A stretch of DNA of 64,000 nucleotides, taken from assembly GCF_004010195.1 (NCBI RefSeq), contig NC_057719.1, forward strand, positions 57,967,823 to 58,031,822, given 5' to 3'. Origin of the DNA: Chiloscyllium plagiosum. Taxonomy: Eukaryota. A program made the position numbers and the translations under genes. Below, one piece after another: positions 12,811 through 27,032 of the stretch. A model generated the notes under the pieces. It saw only the letters and a list, made by a program, of their open reading frames with translations. It did not search any database and was not told the DNA's origin. The first letter of the stretch is position 1. Each line of letters starts with the position of its first letter.

Positions 12811-12940
12811 ATCTGGAGGGATATGGGCCGGATGCTGGCAGGTGGGACTAGATTGGGTCGGGATATCTGGTCTGCATGGATGGGTTGGACCGAAGGGTCT
12901 GTATCCATGCTGTACATCTCTATGACTCTATGACTCTATA
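12811..12940 (+). mobile_element. CR1 3' UTR/tail fragment
   Basis: ggagggatatgggcc...catgctgtacatc followed by a (ctatgact)n tail. Confidence 0.85.
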
Positions 12941-12949
12941 ATCTCTCCA

Positions 12950-13645
12950 GCAATAGTTGTGATTTAACTAGACCTTTGATCCCACAATGATACACACAAA
13001 TTTCATTCATTCAAACGCCATTACTAAGCTTATCTACTTTCACTTCCATAAAATCATCCAACCTTGTCCTATCCTCAGCTCTGAAACTCTCATCCATGCC
13101 TTTGTTATGTCTAAACCTGTCTACTGTAATCTTTCATGACTGGACTCCCATTTTCCACTTGACAGAAACTAAGCTAATCAAAACTTCTACTGCTATATTT
13201 TTGTCAGATCAACTCCTGCTCATCCATCATTCATGCTCACTGACCCACATTGACTCCAGTCCAACAATGCTTCAAATTTAAAATTGTCATTCCCTATTTT
13301 CAAGTTCCCATATGGTATCACCAATCCCTTTTTCTGTGATCTCCTCCTGCCTTACAGTTCTTTGTGGTATTTGCATTCCTGCAAATCTAGCATCTTATGT
13401 ACCTCCAATTTTATTAGTTCTACCATTGGCTCTTGTACCTTCAGCTGCCTAGGACCGTAACTTTTGAAATTCCTTACTAATACACTCCACATTTTTCTCT
13501 CTCTCTTCAGAAACTACCTCTTTGACCGAGCTTTTTGTCTTCTGCCCTGATATCTTTTTCTGAGACTCGGTGTCAAGTTGGTTAATAATATTAATGTGAA
13601 GTTTGGGATCTTTACCAACATTAAGGATGCTACACCAATACAAAT
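12950..13645 (+). mobile_element. Old L2-like LINE 3' fragment
   Basis: ctgaaactctcatccatgcctttgtt and actacctctttgaccgagcttttt resemble L2 3' regions; heavily decayed. Confidence 0.5.
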
Positions 13646-14083
13646 TGTTTTGTCAACAGAAGCAAATTGAAATGGTCTGCAGGTTGTTTGTTTGTTGGTT
13701 GTCTCTATGACAACTGGTGAATGATCTTGAAACAACATTAAGTTGGTCAGATATCAAACATGAAATGTATCTTGGAGTATGTAAAACAAAAGCTTCAGAA
13801 AGTGAACTAAAATCACTATTTAGTAAATGTAAATGTATAGGCTTGATTTAAGATTCTGCAAAATCTAAGACTTAGAATAAATGTTCATCAAAAAATATTA
13901 ATGTGTGAGGTATGATTCTATAATATTTGCAAATAATGTAGAATTGCATTCCAATGGCATTCCCAACTGGCAACTTGCAAACATAGCTTGCCCCCTCACA
14001 TTTACTGGTAAGATGACATAACGTATAGAGGAGCTGTAACAAGTGCGCAAAAGGAATGCAAACAAAATGTAATAGCAAGTTTG

Positions 14084-14295
14084 ATCATAAAATCCCTACA
14101 TTGTGGAAGCAGGCCATTAAAGCGAACACCAATCATCCAAAGAGCATCCCATCCAGACTCACCCCATCCCTGTAACTCTGCATTTCCCATGGTTAATCCA
14201 CCTAGCTTGTACATCCCCAGACACTATGGGCAATTTAGCATGACCAATCCACCTAACTTACACATTTTTGGACTATAAGAAGACTGTATGTTTTT
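14084..14295 (-). mobile_element. HE1-type SINE 3' fragment
   Basis: Reverse-complement match to the tail of the SINE at 10241-10600. Confidence 0.7.
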
Positions 14296-14597
14296 TTGGT
14301 AGTGGAACAGATTTGATTCGTGTCACTAGAATCGACTAGTTCCTAAATTTTATAATGTAGTAGACTTCTATTGATGAACTATTAGACTACTGTACTAAAA
14401 TATAATTGCAAATGAGTTGTTTTATGCTATACTTGTCCATATCTTCCATAATTTTCCAATTTTGTTTTGATGAAAATAATTTTTTCCAGGCTGCTGAATT
14501 TAATTTACGAGTTTGCCATCACCTTTAAGCAACCATAGTTGAACTGCTGCAAGGATATCTCTTCCAACATTGTTACACTTCCCAATGAGATCAGATG

Positions 14598-14832
14598 GAA
14601 CAAACACAGAAATTGCTGGAGAATCGCCAGTATTGCTAGTAGCATTCGTGGAGAGAGAAACAGAGATGATATGTCAAGTTCAACATGACTCTTCTTTGGA
14701 ATGGTTGTAAAGAAATGTCATATCGAACTCAAAAGGTTCCTCTCTCCACAGATGCTGTCATATCTGCTGAGTTTCGCCAGCATTTTCTGTGCTTGATTCA
14801 TATTTCCAGCATCTGCAGCATTTGTCTTTATT
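14598..14832. mobile_element. Old fold-back Penelope pLTR-derived insert (family B-like)
   Basis: acagaaattgctggaga ... tctctccacagatgctg...ccagcatctgcag inverted arms; core decayed. Confidence 0.55.
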
Positions 14833-16064
14833 TGAAATCACAACTGCTTCAACCCAGTCCACAGATCCAATTATGGCATGTACTCCAACAATGAGGAAAG
14901 TCCAGGCTATGGATTCTTTTTCATCAACACCTTTTGTGCAGGATGATCAATTAATGTATATGATTTTAATCTTTGTGAGTCACCAAGCAGTGCACTTTTA
15001 CATAGTTTTTTGTGGAAATTGATTTTTTTGGTGACATATAGAATGAGAGAGATAAAACAACTTCAATCTGTTGGTTTAACACTGAACAGGAAACTCACAG
15101 ATCAGTCATTGATAAGAATCTGAAAATTAATTTAAATAGTTTCATGCAATTTCTTTGGCCATATGAAATATCCTACGTTGTGTGCCATAATATCTGAAAA
15201 TACAGCATTTGGACATAGACTCTGTGCTATTGCTGTTTCTGCATTCTGACTGGATTTATTTAGAAACAGCAGGTAGACCTATAAACCATGTATTGATTTA
15301 TTTTTTGTCCCCTGGGTAGGTAAGAAAGGGACACATTTTAAAGTAGGGAAGAGTGACAACATCCAGCATACCTCATATTGATCTGTAGAATCCTTTGTAT
15401 TTTGTGATGTTTAATTTTGTTAATTCAAAGTAAAAAAAACAATTCCTGCTGAAGATATTCATAGAAGTCTCTTTAGGACCTCACTAGGCAACATGGGTAC
15501 CATTAATTGCACTCTGGACTTTGTCCAGAATATCCAAAGTTCACCATCATTCAAAATGGTGGTCCTATCTCACCGTTATTTTAATATCAAAAGTGATGAA
15601 TTTCATGGTCATCTGCCACAGAAATTACAGAATTACACAGAGGTTGGTAAAGAAATGTTTTGTGCTTAATTGAAATTTACCTGTGCTGTGAAAACTATTT
15701 GCAGTCATCATGTGCATTAGGAAGGAGAACAGTGCGGGAAGATGATTATAGTTCTCCATCTTCATGTAAGAAGTAACACGGCTTACCAATATCCTCTTTG
15801 GTGAAATGCAATTCCTATGCACATCCCCACATTAAGGTTTTATGTGAATTCTGTTGGCTGTTTACTCTGTGGTTCAGAGATATTAGTGATAGCTGTGTGA
15901 TCCATACTTTTTAAATGCAGCCTCACTTTCCTTTACCCATTGATGTGCTGTTCCAGTCTTTTTCCATATCAATAGCGGGTCCATATAGAATGTTAACCTT
16001 TTCAAGAGAAGCCAGAACCATGCGTATACATTGGAGGAGAAGCACAAATCAAAATTTGTGAATT

Positions 16065-16280
16065 AAAATCAGAATGCACTGGAGAAACTAAGTCAGTTGG
16101 GCAGCATCTGTAGAGAGAGAAAGACAGTTAAAGTTTTGAATCTAGATTGACAGTCATTGGATGTGAAACTTGAACTATGTTTCCCTCTCCACAAGTGCTG
16201 CCTGATGTGCTGAGGTTCTGCAGCACATTCTTTCTTTATATTGCAGGTCTCCAGCATCTGCAGTATTTTACTTTTTAATA
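16065..16280. mobile_element. Old fold-back Penelope pLTR-derived insert (family B-like)
   Basis: gcagcatctgtagagagag ... ctctccacaagtgctgcc...ccagcatctgcagta. Confidence 0.55.
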
Positions 16281-16890
16281 ACATTTCTGGTTGTGTATGT
16301 CCTCAGAAACAACCTGGTTTGGATGCTGATGCTATTCCCAGCTAGAGCAATTGTTCTAGAAATACATGTCATTCAGGCTCATAAAATTGCCTTTTTTTCT
16401 TTTTCAGCTGGCCCTGGTAACTATTCTGCCTTCTAGTTTTCTTTCTAATTAACCCAGACTAGAATATCAGAATAGAGAAAGGAGAGGGAGAGCTGCAGTT
16501 CCATTTGCACTCACTAACTATAGCCCTGAGAAGAAGAATACCCAGAACTTAGTAACTAAATGGTTTGAATGGCCAAGTAGTACAATTTTGCTGCCAAAAC
16601 AATGTTATCTGCTGAAATTATAATGAAAATGATGCAGAATTTCTGAGCCTATAACTTGTACATTATGTGTAAAATCTGGAGAAGAAATCAGGGCACACAA
16701 GATATTGACACCATATTTTCTGAAAATGACAGTTCATGCAACACGGAGGGGAATTTAAGGACTGAATCAGTATCTGACCTTCCAGGATTTGAATTTTGGG
16801 ACACATTTTTAGAACAGGTTAAGAAATCTAAAAATAGTTTTCTGTAAATCCAAAATTATCTGGTGTCCATAAATTAAACATATTGCTCAC

Positions 16891-16916
16891 GGTGTAGTTT
16901 TGGTAGTACCTTTCAA
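16891..16916 (-). CDS. Candidate 26-nt micro-exon (xERYYQNYT)
   Basis: Acceptor ccacttttttcag and donor ACC|gtgagc. Ends in phase 0, compatible with the candidate exon at 6394-6453. Confidence 0.25.
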
Positions 16917-19840
16917 CTGAAAAAAGTGGTAAAGTGCTGGATGGACATGGACAATGACCACACACCCTTAGCCCCTCCAAGTCCACATATATTGAGAGAG
17001 GAGAATTCAAACTGCTTACAATCTTAGTATGGTACTTGCTCAGGGCATAATTAAACAACATGGGTTATTTTGTATTTAAACAGGAAAGCATTTCTAAAGT
17101 TTTAAGGTAATATTTTTCATCAAAATTTTCCCACACATATGCTTCACTCTCAAATGTGTTTTCAAAACACTCAGTGCTTACTTCAGAAATGCTACTAGCT
17201 TTTAAAATTCCTTGCCGATATATGAATAGGAATTATGTGGGATTGAGATTGTACTTTTTGAAAGCAAAGCAAGAACTGCAAATATATTTTCTAAGGTTTT
17301 TTTCAACAATATATCTCACATTAGCCTTAATTTTTAACGTGCTCACTTACATCAGAACTGTATCAAACATATTTTATATTTGATTATCCAGTTGTTTGAT
17401 GTGTTGGTAAATCCATCACCAAAGTTTAGAGCTTTCACATAAAACTAAAATACCTGCATGTACTGGTTTTGCTTCATATGAAGTGCAAGCTCTCTCCTCA
17501 AGCAATAATACCCTAGACTGAGTGAATTTAGGGTTAGATTGGGTGTTAGGGCTGTGTGTGGGGAGAGATATTTCCAGACATTGACCTGCTAAAATCAGGA
17601 CAGCATAGCAATACAGGATGCTACTAAATCTCTAGCTAGGACCACCCTACCTGCTAAGGCATTGACTTGCAAGATTATTTAAAGCCAAGTGTGAAAAATC
17701 CTAGCTCTCTAGGTTCTGTCAATGAACTAGGCTGCCTGGTCAATAATCAACAGCACCCTGAAGCTTTAAGACTTACCTAACTCATATATCCAAATATAAA
17801 GTCTGCCAGAAAGAATCAGCTTCGTTCCAATCTCCCACTGCCAAGCATGTTATCTTGGTGGCAACTTGATCACAAAGAGAACCTACTTTCCTCCCCCCTT
17901 CACCCCAGGGGATAGTTACAAAAGAGATTAATGTTTTTCTTCCAATACTCGACTTTCAAACTCTCTCACATATGTGGCAAGCATTTTTCATTTCCCCAGT
18001 GGAGACTTTTCCATGAAAGGCTATCAGTCGTCAACATTTTGCCTGAAGTTAGGAACTCCGTTGTACAATCTATAAATTTAATCAGCTTCTGTTCATGAAA
18101 TGTCACCATGCTGCAGACATTCAACTGCACTGGTACTGTGTGCATGGGAAGAAAACAGAGTCATAGAACTATGGACATTCATCCAGCAGTACTCTGACAC
18201 ACAAGTTGCTTTCAGACTATGATTTATTGGACAGAAACACATATGCTGTCTGTAAATTAAGAACTTTAGATGTTTAACTTTTGGATCAGTGCTGAAAATA
18301 GTCATGGAAGTTCTGTCAGAAAATAAGAAATGTAAACTTGCTTTCTGTCTTTCTGTCGCTGTCATACACTGAAACACATGAAGCAATAAACCACAGAAAT
18401 GTAGGGGAAAAGTCCCAGAAAAAATTTAAAGAGAATTTAATATTTATTATGGTGCCAAAATGGTATCAGCAGTTCATGTCAAGTTGAAGCAGCTGGTTTG
18501 TTTAAATAAGTTTTATACAAAAATTAAAACACTTATATTTTTCCACATGGGTTACCTGCCTTCCTCCAGACACACTTTTATCTCCTCCCCAATATATGGA
18601 GTCATTTAGCTCAGGTGGCTAGATGTTTAGCGTATGATGCAGAATGACAACTAACAGAAGTTTCAAAATCTGTACTGGTTGTCTACTTGCATTATTCCAT
18701 GCTTGATGTGGAGTGATGCTGTTCAGCTACATAACCAATTCTCTAACTGATGGTCATTTTTGGAGTACTTATTCTTACCAACTTATCCAAACAGTACTAC
18801 TCTGGAAGATTCTGCGTTCCCTCTGGTTCCTCTCCTGTTTTCTATCCTCTTATTTGAAATCTATTCACTCCTGCACTCCAACTCAGTCTACCTGATTTTA
18901 TGAATCTTCTGCTCATTTACTACCAATTTAACTATTTCAGAATATCTGCCCCAATGGCTGCATTTTTAAATCAATACTATCTCAACATCCCCACACCTTG
19001 ACGCTCTATAGGTCAAGTGTTTCCTTCATCAGTAGAGTTCAACAAGATCCATCCATCACACTCTACTCCACCTGGCTAAACTTCTTTTACATTACAAGTA
19101 ATTTCTCTCTCAAACTCAATAATCTTGTGCACATAAGAAGTTACACAATGGGATACAAAAGAAGTACTACAGTATCTCCTACAGGTTGAAATTCTGAGGT
19201 CCATTGTATCTTTCCAAACCCCAGCTCTTCTGTTCAAATCCCAGGGTTGCATCACCAGTTGCAACAATTGCAGCATTCCATGGACTTTGGGAATCCAAAA
19301 AAAAGCAGGAAAGTTGAAAATATCCAGCACATTTGCCAACACCTGTGGCACAAGAAACATGAAGAATGTTTCATGTCATTATCTTTGGGTGAAATTATAC
19401 AACTCACCATCCTGCCCTCCCCCGAAGAAGGAGTCAAGGGAATGGAAAATCAGACAGAATGGGTAGTGACTTTGCAGATTGTTACTAGCCTCCATTATTA
19501 TTTTATGAATAGAGGGTAGATAATGGGCAGCCCACCATTGAGATAATTGAGGCATAATAAGATTGCGGAGGGGTGGGGATTTGTTCAGGCACATTACCTC
19601 CTAGTGACATCAGAAATGACATCTTTTGCACAGGTATTATTCTGTTTCTTTTCACGACCAACCATTGACCCTATTTTTCCCTTTCCAATCATCTCCACTC
19701 ACTTAACTGCATTTGCTACCCACAGTTCATATTTACCTTCCTAAATCAGAGTTACTAGTACCATCCTCTTTGACTGTGACTTGGGTGCATCATGGGTACT
19801 ATCCTCTTGAACCTGCCACATTACACTACCTCAGGCAAAA

Positions 19841-20023
19841 GTCCAACAGGTTTATTTGAAATCACAAGCTTTTGAAGCACTGCTCCTTCGTGAAGACTTC
19901 ACCTGATGAAGGAACAGCACTCTGAAAGCTTGTGCATTCAAATAAATGTGTTGGACTATAACCTGGTGTTATGTGACATCTGATCTTGTCCATCCCAGCC
20001 CAACACTGGCATCTCCATATCAT
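19841..20023. mobile_element. Penelope pLTR insert, family C, with inverted partial copy
   Basis: CTGATGA-AGGAACAGCACTCT-GAAAGCTT at 19903-19931, preceded by an inverted arm. Confidence 0.7.
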
Positions 20024-21349
20024 GTTATATCCTGCTCCACTGTTCCTCCTCGAAGACCAACTGTGTAATGCTGATTTGGTTCCATACTTACCCATCCCAA
20101 CAGAATAAGGAACTTTCAAACTCATTGACTCTATTCCTACCTGTACATGATAAACTCCAATATATGTGAAGGTTCCATCCTCAGCACCACCTCACTTATG
20201 TGTCTACATGTTCTCATTTATTTGTTGTCCTATTGCTACACTAACTGTATCTGAGGGAATACAGCAATTTCTTCAAAGTTTTTCAATATCAACTCAATTC
20301 AATAATCATTTCTTTGTTGTCAGTTTGCCTATCTGACATCGGTGAAGTTTATTCCATAACTGTCATGAACTAAAAATGAGTAAAACTGAAGTTATTTATT
20401 TCACTTGTGCCAAAAACTATTCATTCATGTTCATGTTGACAATCCTTGTCCCTACTATTCATTTGCTAATGGTCTGTTTATTGACTTCCTCAGTTCCCCT
20501 CTATGTAACTCCATTGCTCACATTCCACCTCATGCAAAGACACTTTCAACCATCAGCTCTGTCCACAGTAACTTCTATATTTCCTAACTAAGGAAGGAGT
20601 TGAATTATAACAACAATTTATTCTGTGATAATTCTACTTGGAAGTATACAACATGCAGAGTTGCATAGTCTCTGACCAGGTGGAATAAGACTGCTTGTAA
20701 GAAGTGTGGAAGAAGGCCTCCCCTGCCTTGGATTTCATCCTTGTACCACTGGCAACTTGACTTCTCTAAATCTTCCACTCCAGTCTGTCAGCATTATCAT
20801 CATTCTCAATGAACTTCTTGTAGGATACAGTGTTAAGGTTTGAAAGTGAGGGCAGTGGGGATGGAAGGTAAAGACTGGTCACTGAACTGATCAGTTCCAT
20901 CCTTTTAATTGTTTATTCCATTAACAGTCCCTGTTTTTATAACTCAATTTTGTTAACTTTGTGCTATATGACTTACATTTGGACATTAAAGTTTAGTTAA
21001 TTATACTTGAAAATGATGGCTAAAGAAGGGATGGAAATAAATTTGGAATTGATCAATGGAGGAAAGTCTTTAAAAGCTGAATGACCTTTTCTTGATCCAG
21101 GTTTAAATGTTTTTAAAATCACTGCATTAACAATAAAGAAATTCTAAAGTATTGACCCAGATCTTTTGCAAAGTGACAATCACTGTCTGACTAGAATTGG
21201 GCTGCATGGTTTGCAGCTGAGTCTGCTTTACATTTCTGGATGAGTCTTCCGACTCAACTTCTTCAAAAATTAGATTGATAGTCCAACGGAAAATTCCATC
21301 ATAGCAAAGTAGCATTGGAAGATAAGCCAAGCCAAGCCTAACTATTTTT

Positions 21350-21428
21350 TAAGTCAGATGTCACATGACACCAGGCTATAGTCCAACAGGTTTATTTGAA
21401 GTCACAAGCTTTCCCAGTACTGCTTCTT
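21350..21428 (-). mobile_element. Penelope pLTR fragment, family C
   Basis: caccaggctatagtccaacaggtttatttgaagtcacaagctttc matches 19841-20023. Confidence 0.6.
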
Positions 21429-21444
21429 AGACAGTTTTTAGAAA

Positions 21445-22040
21445 CCTTGGAGTGCAGATTCAATCTCAGGTAGACAGCATAGTGAAGAAGGCATTTGGTA
21501 TGGCTTTCCCTTATTGGTCAGAGCATTGTGTATAGCAGCAATTCTGGTATCCCTCCTTTAGGAAGATGCTGTGAAACTTGAAGTGGGTCAGAAAAGATTT
21601 ACAAGGAGGTTGCCAGGGTTGGAGGGATTGAGCTATAGGGAGAGGCTGAATCGGCTGGGGCTGTTTTCCCTGGAGTGGCTGACATGAGGGGGGGGGTGAC
21701 CTTTTCGGGGTTTACATAATAACGAGGGGCATGGATAGGATAAAAAGACAAGATCTTTTCCCTGGGGTGGGGGAGTCCAGAACTAGGTTTAAGTTGAGAA
21801 GGGAAAGATTTAAAAGGGACCTAAAGGACAAATTTTAGAGGGTGGTGAGTGTATGGAATGAGCTGCCACAGGAAGTGGTGGAGGCTAGTACAACATTTAA
21901 AAGACCTTTGGATGGGTATCTGAATAGGAAGGATTTGGAGGGATATGGGCCAAGTGCTGGCAAATGGGACTAGGTTAATTTAGGATATCTAGTCTGTATG
22001 GATGTGTTGGACCAAAGGGTCTGTTTCCATGCTGTACATC
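21445..22040 (+). mobile_element. CR1 LINE 3' fragment
   Basis: Same subfamily sequence as the 3' end of 56049-60269, with a tail microsatellite. Confidence 0.9.
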
Positions 22041-22119
22041 TCTATCACTCTATAACTCTAGGACTTGTTGCAATGTTAGTTTAAATGTCCATTTTAATTG
22101 TGAGTGAACGGTAAATGGG

Positions 22120-22515
22120 ATGATTGAATGATTGAGTAGGTGAGTGAGTTCAGAGGGTAGGATGCAATGTGGGCAAGATGTTAGGTGGGTGAGGTAATAG
22201 TTTGGAAAATAGGTAGGTGAGTAGGGTGGTAAGTAGTTAAGGAAAGCAGGTGGCTTAATGGTGGCAGGTGTGGTTGACAGGTCAGAGTGTGTTTGTGGAG
22301 TAAGGAGATGCTGCTGGCTAGTTAATATGACTTGATAGGGGAGGCAGGTTGGGCAGAAAAAGTGTCGTTGGATGGTAGAGGAAATTCACATCAGGTCAGG
22401 TGAAGGGTTATTTGTGTCGGGTCAGGTCAGGAGGGATTGTCAGGTTAGGGACTAGTCAGCTTGGGCTAGGTGGGGGCACAGGGAAGTTGAGGTAAAGTCA
22501 GAGTGTCAGTGTGAA
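22120..22515 (+). repeat. G/T-rich low-complexity tract
   Basis: Runs of ggtgag/ggtcag. A C-rich counterpart lies at about 31320-31650. Confidence 0.5.
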
Positions 22516-23498
22516 TGATTTGCAGGCCAATTGTAAAGTTACTCAAGCACCAGATTTGGATTTTTCTGCTTAACTCTTTTCAGATAGCTATTTGGCTAAG
22601 AACCCAAAAGTTTGTCACTCTGACTCAGGAACGGAAATTTTTAAGGAGGGTCCTAGAAAGTTGGAGAATTGCACATCATAAGATCAAATTTCCCAAGGTA
22701 TTCCCATGGAGGTCAGCATGTTTGGATTTCAGCAGGGTCCCAATGCATGCCTTAGGTCATGCATCCAGATTTTTACAATCCAAATGCAGAAAGATCTGAG
22801 CCAACATGTTTTTGATTTTGCACTAAAGAAGCTCTCCTGCAGCTCTATAGATTGAATGCTGAATTGATAAAGCAAGTGTAAGCGTGTCCCAGTGATCTAA
22901 TGGCTCATTGTTTCAACACAGTGTAGTGCAGAGTGAAGTTTATGGAGTTCCAGCAGTCTTAATCTCATAAAAGATGTTAACCTGAGATTCTGAAGGCAAA
23001 CTTGCTTTAAAATGTCATCCCAGAAGTATATCAAATGTCTGATTTTGTATAGCAGAGTTTAAAACAATATTTCTGAAGGGATGAGATGATAACAGTGCAT
23101 CATGAAAAAATCATACTCTGATAGTGTTAACTGAAATATGATCCAAATCAAAAGGGTTTCAATTTTTGTAATATTCATAAAATCCGTCATTTAAATTTTT
23201 ATTTTTATTTAAAAGTACACATTCAAAGGTGCATGGTTTTATCATGGACAAGTGTTGAATGGAGACTATCAAACAGACTTAAATCAAGCTACTCATTACA
23301 TATGAAGGTAAATACCCCACTCCAACTTGTCATGGTGAATGTAATAAAGATGGTCAAAATTCACTGCTGTATGCCAGATGTTACTGCATATCTAAAAATT
23401 ATGCATAGACAATTGATGTGATTCTTTGCATATCTTTTTCAAAATAATGTGTGTATCAATGGTTGCCTAGTAACAGTCTTCTAATTTACTAGAACTCA

Positions 23499-23712
23499 CC
23501 GGTCATTCTGCTATTATGTGTGTTTTCTAACACAAATTTGCAGTAACGTGATTGATGAATTGGGGATACTGTTTCTAAAGCTTGGACTTCTAAAACGTGC
23601 ATTGGCTGTAATGTGATTATATTGCCAACTCTTTAAATACTGTTTCTAAAGCGTGACTTTTCTATATTGCAGAGTTGCACATGAACACAACACATTACAT
23701 AGGAACTACCTG
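23499..23712. mobile_element. Possible non-autonomous DNA transposon (MITE)
   Basis: Imperfect terminal inverted repeats cggtcattctgctattatgtg and cacattacataggaactacctg. A similar end (caggtagttctgatataac) occurs near 35879. Confidence 0.3.
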
Positions 23713-24856
23713 TTACCTAGCAAATCAGACAATTAATGTATTTGTATAACTGAATACATCTACAGATTTTATGAAACAGCAAAGGCAATTAAAAGAGGAA
23801 CATCTCAAAAACGCAATAAACATTTTTAGGAAAAACATGAAATAAAACTTGTTGAACACTGTTTTTATACTAATCAAATTAAAGTCATGTTTTTGTTAAT
23901 AAACATACTGTTAATATAAATCCAAAATTTGCTCCAAGAGGTAGAGTTATTATCAGTTGCCAGTGCTAAGTCACTTCAGATCCTAGCATTTCTAACAGCA
24001 GGAATCTAATAATGGGATTCTTATAGGGGGAAGTGTTTATAACAATTTGTGGAGGGATACATTACTGATACGAGCTGATTTAAACATATTTGTGGTCAAA
24101 CTTTTAATATTTGTCCCTTTCTGCTCTTTTTGTATGAGTGGCTGATGGCAACTCACATGTGACTTGCAGTGGGCTACTAGATCTGTCCTTGAAAGAGTGC
24201 AGAATTGTGTCTTGACTCATTGGTTTTCCAATTTTCCTCACCAGAGTGATTGGAAAGAACAGTTTTAATGATGTGGTGAACCATGTATGTTCAAACTGTT
24301 GTATCAATGTGTCTGTCTTCCTTGCTTCTTGGCAGTTAAAGAAGGGTTCGATAACTCAAAGGACAAGTAAATTGCAGTAATAATGCTACTTGCAGAAAAA
24401 TTTTATTGTCAGTTTTAAGAGTGACTGAGCTTAATATAAAGTAAAGTATTTAGTCTAATTCATGCATCCAGCATTATCATTTTAAGAGATTACAACATCA
24501 AAATAATAGGAATTAATTGAAAATTGAATGGTCGTTTCATATATTCTAAGAGACCACCAAGCTTGCAATAACTAGGTAACAAGTAGTTTGCTGCTTTGTA
24601 TTAATGTGTAACTTACATATATTCAAGTTTAATTACAGAAGAATAACAATTTTTTTAAAAACTTATGTGAGAGGATTATGGTTGCAAAGTTCTCACCTCC
24701 TATTCCATGTTGCTGCAACCAATTGTGGGTGCAAGTGTACAAGGTCATAATAACCATTTTTAATGGGGGTGGAACACTATTTTCTGTGTTGGGAACTCAA
24801 GCTCTGTACACAGATGGCTATGTCTGAGGGTACAACAACAGCAACAGTCTTTATGA

Positions 24857-25240
24857 GCAGTAGGCTGGGACTTGTTTCCCTGGAGCATAGGCAGTTAAGG
24901 GGTGACCTTAAAGAGGTTTATAAAAGCACGAGGGGCATAGGTAAGGTGAATAGCCAAAGCCTTTTCCACAGGGTAAGGAGTCCAAAAACTAGAGGGCACA
25001 GGTTTAAGGTGAGAGCAGAAAGATTTTAAAGGGACCTGTGGGACAGTTTTTCCACATAGAAGGTGGTGCATATACAGAAAGAGGTGTAAAAGAATGTGGT
25101 AGTGATGAGTACAATTACAACATTACAACAGGTACATGGGCCAAATGCAGGCGAATGGGACTAGATGAGTTTAGGAAACCTGGTCAGCATGGACGAGTTG
25201 CGCTAAAGGGTCTGTTTCCATGCTGTGTGACTATGTGACT
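24857..25240 (+). mobile_element. CR1 LINE 3' fragment
   Basis: Encodes RLGLVSLEHRQLRGDLKEVYK...TRGHRFK, the CR1 ORF2 C-terminus. Confidence 0.88.
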
Positions 25241-26813
25241 CAAAGGAATACCAAGGCAAAGGAAGGAGGAAACAGAAGGAAGGCAATATCAACTTCTTGC
25301 GGCCATTAATGCAAAATGAAAGCAAGCTAATGAACCTTAATGATTACCACTCATTGTCATAAATCAGCACAGTAAAAGCAATCATCTGTTACACTCTAAA
25401 GGATCCCTGCTGTCTGACACATATTGGATATGTTCACCGTTTGAGACAAACTGTCTGACCTAGTTTATTTGAAACCCCCCTCAGAAAAGTAACCAATTGT
25501 ATATACCATTGCTTTAAAATTCACACTCTGAGAAATATTTTAATATAAACCATACACATTTCATCACACCACACATTGTTGCTGCAACTGGATAGCTTAT
25601 TGGCTTGTACACTGTATATTCTAGATGAACGGATAAGGAAAATCTATAAATTGGTATAAGATGCAACACTGGGGACATTAGGGATATGGAAAGGTCTCAG
25701 GAAATGAGTAAAACTAGGGATCCAAGTAACTTTTATCGAAGGCTGTTCTCAAGATTTCTCAAGGACTACATTTGATATTCGTGAGCTATATTTTTAATAT
25801 TCAGGATTAATTTATTCTCATTAATTACTTCATTAGGTGAGTTGTAGTCACATAGTAACATTATCTTTTATATTTAGTGTATTGTAATGGATGGAGTAAT
25901 GTATGGAATATATGGACTCCAAGAAGCAGAATTAAATATCATCAATAATCATCTTCCATTCAACTTAAAGGCATCAACACAGGAAAGCTCAATTTTCTAA
26001 ATTGGTACAGGACAACAGGTATGTTTGTGTCAAAAGCATAATTTTTCCAATAACTGAAATTTTCATAAAAAGCAGATTTAATTTACAAGGGATTCATTAC
26101 CTGTGATTTCAGATTTTCCTCACTTCCATACAGCTAAGTATTTTTTCTTTTGGCAGGTTCCCCTTGGCAATCTCCCTCCCTCCCTATATTCCTTTGCAGC
26201 CAATGGCCTCTTCCCCACTCTCCTTTTGAACCCTTCATCTTATCCTCTTCTGTAGCCACTAGCTTCTCCCATATCTCCTTTACTTGTATTTCCCCCCTGG
26301 GCCCACTCCACTTCTTTGCAGCCACTCACTTCTTGCCTCACGGGCAGATTCTAGTGCTCCAGCCCAATACTCTAGCCTCTTTTGAGTATTCGTTGACTTA
26401 TACTTAGCTCAGCCTTACTCACTGCCAGTGCTCAACTTCTCCATTACAGGCTTTTGGCCTTCCATATATCAAGTAGCATACTGAAGAGAGGAGCAATCTA
26501 TGATTGGAGTAGCAATTCCTTTCAGAATTTCTCAGTCCACACAACAAAGTGCTTGGAGAGGAATTTTTTTCTGATTGAATCTGAGGTGATCTGACCGCTT
26601 TTTGGGCAAATTCACCGGCTTCCTTCCTATACTTTAAGCATTCAGTAAGACCATTCAACCTTTACTTTTAAAATGCTTGCAAAACCAAACTATGTTTCAT
26701 GACACCTCTGAGATGCCAAGCATCATGAGTCATGGAGAAGCTGACCCAACTTTATGAAAACTGGAGGGGGCTCGGCAATGCCTATCCCATAAGTGAGCCA
26801 TCCAGATTGGAAA

Positions 26814-27032
26814 AGGAGAAAGTGAGGGCTGCAGATGCTGGAGATCAGAGCTGAAAATGTGTTGCTGGAAAAGCGCAGCAGGTCAGGCAGTATCCAAGGA
26901 ACAGGAGAATCGACGTTTCGGGCATAAGCCCTTCTTCATTCCTGAAGAAGGGCTTATGCCCGAAACGTCGATTCTCCTGTTCCTTGGATGCTGTCTGACC
27001 TGCTGCGCTTTTCCAGCAACACATTTTCAGCT
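26814..27032. mobile_element. Young fold-back Penelope pLTR insert with opposed hammerhead motifs, family A
   Basis: 91-bp arms at 26848-26938 and 26943-27033. TSD catccagattggaaa (26799-26813) and catccagactggaaa (27033-27047). Confidence 0.85.
26942..26969 (+). ncRNA. Minimal hammerhead ribozyme motif, best-preserved copy
   Basis: CUGAAGA-A-GGGC(UUAU)GCCC-GAAAC-GUC. Confidence 0.7.

Noticed and set aside
15625..16000. Possible exon or Gypsy RT-connection remnant (WVKESEAAFKK)
   Set aside because: Too short and degenerate to support either call.
16656..16847. Plus-strand 63-aa ORF with protein-like composition
   Set aside because: No convincing acceptor, weak donor, no recognisable homology.
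18093..18386. 97-aa minus-strand ORF
   Set aside because: No recognisable domain and no consistent splice partner.
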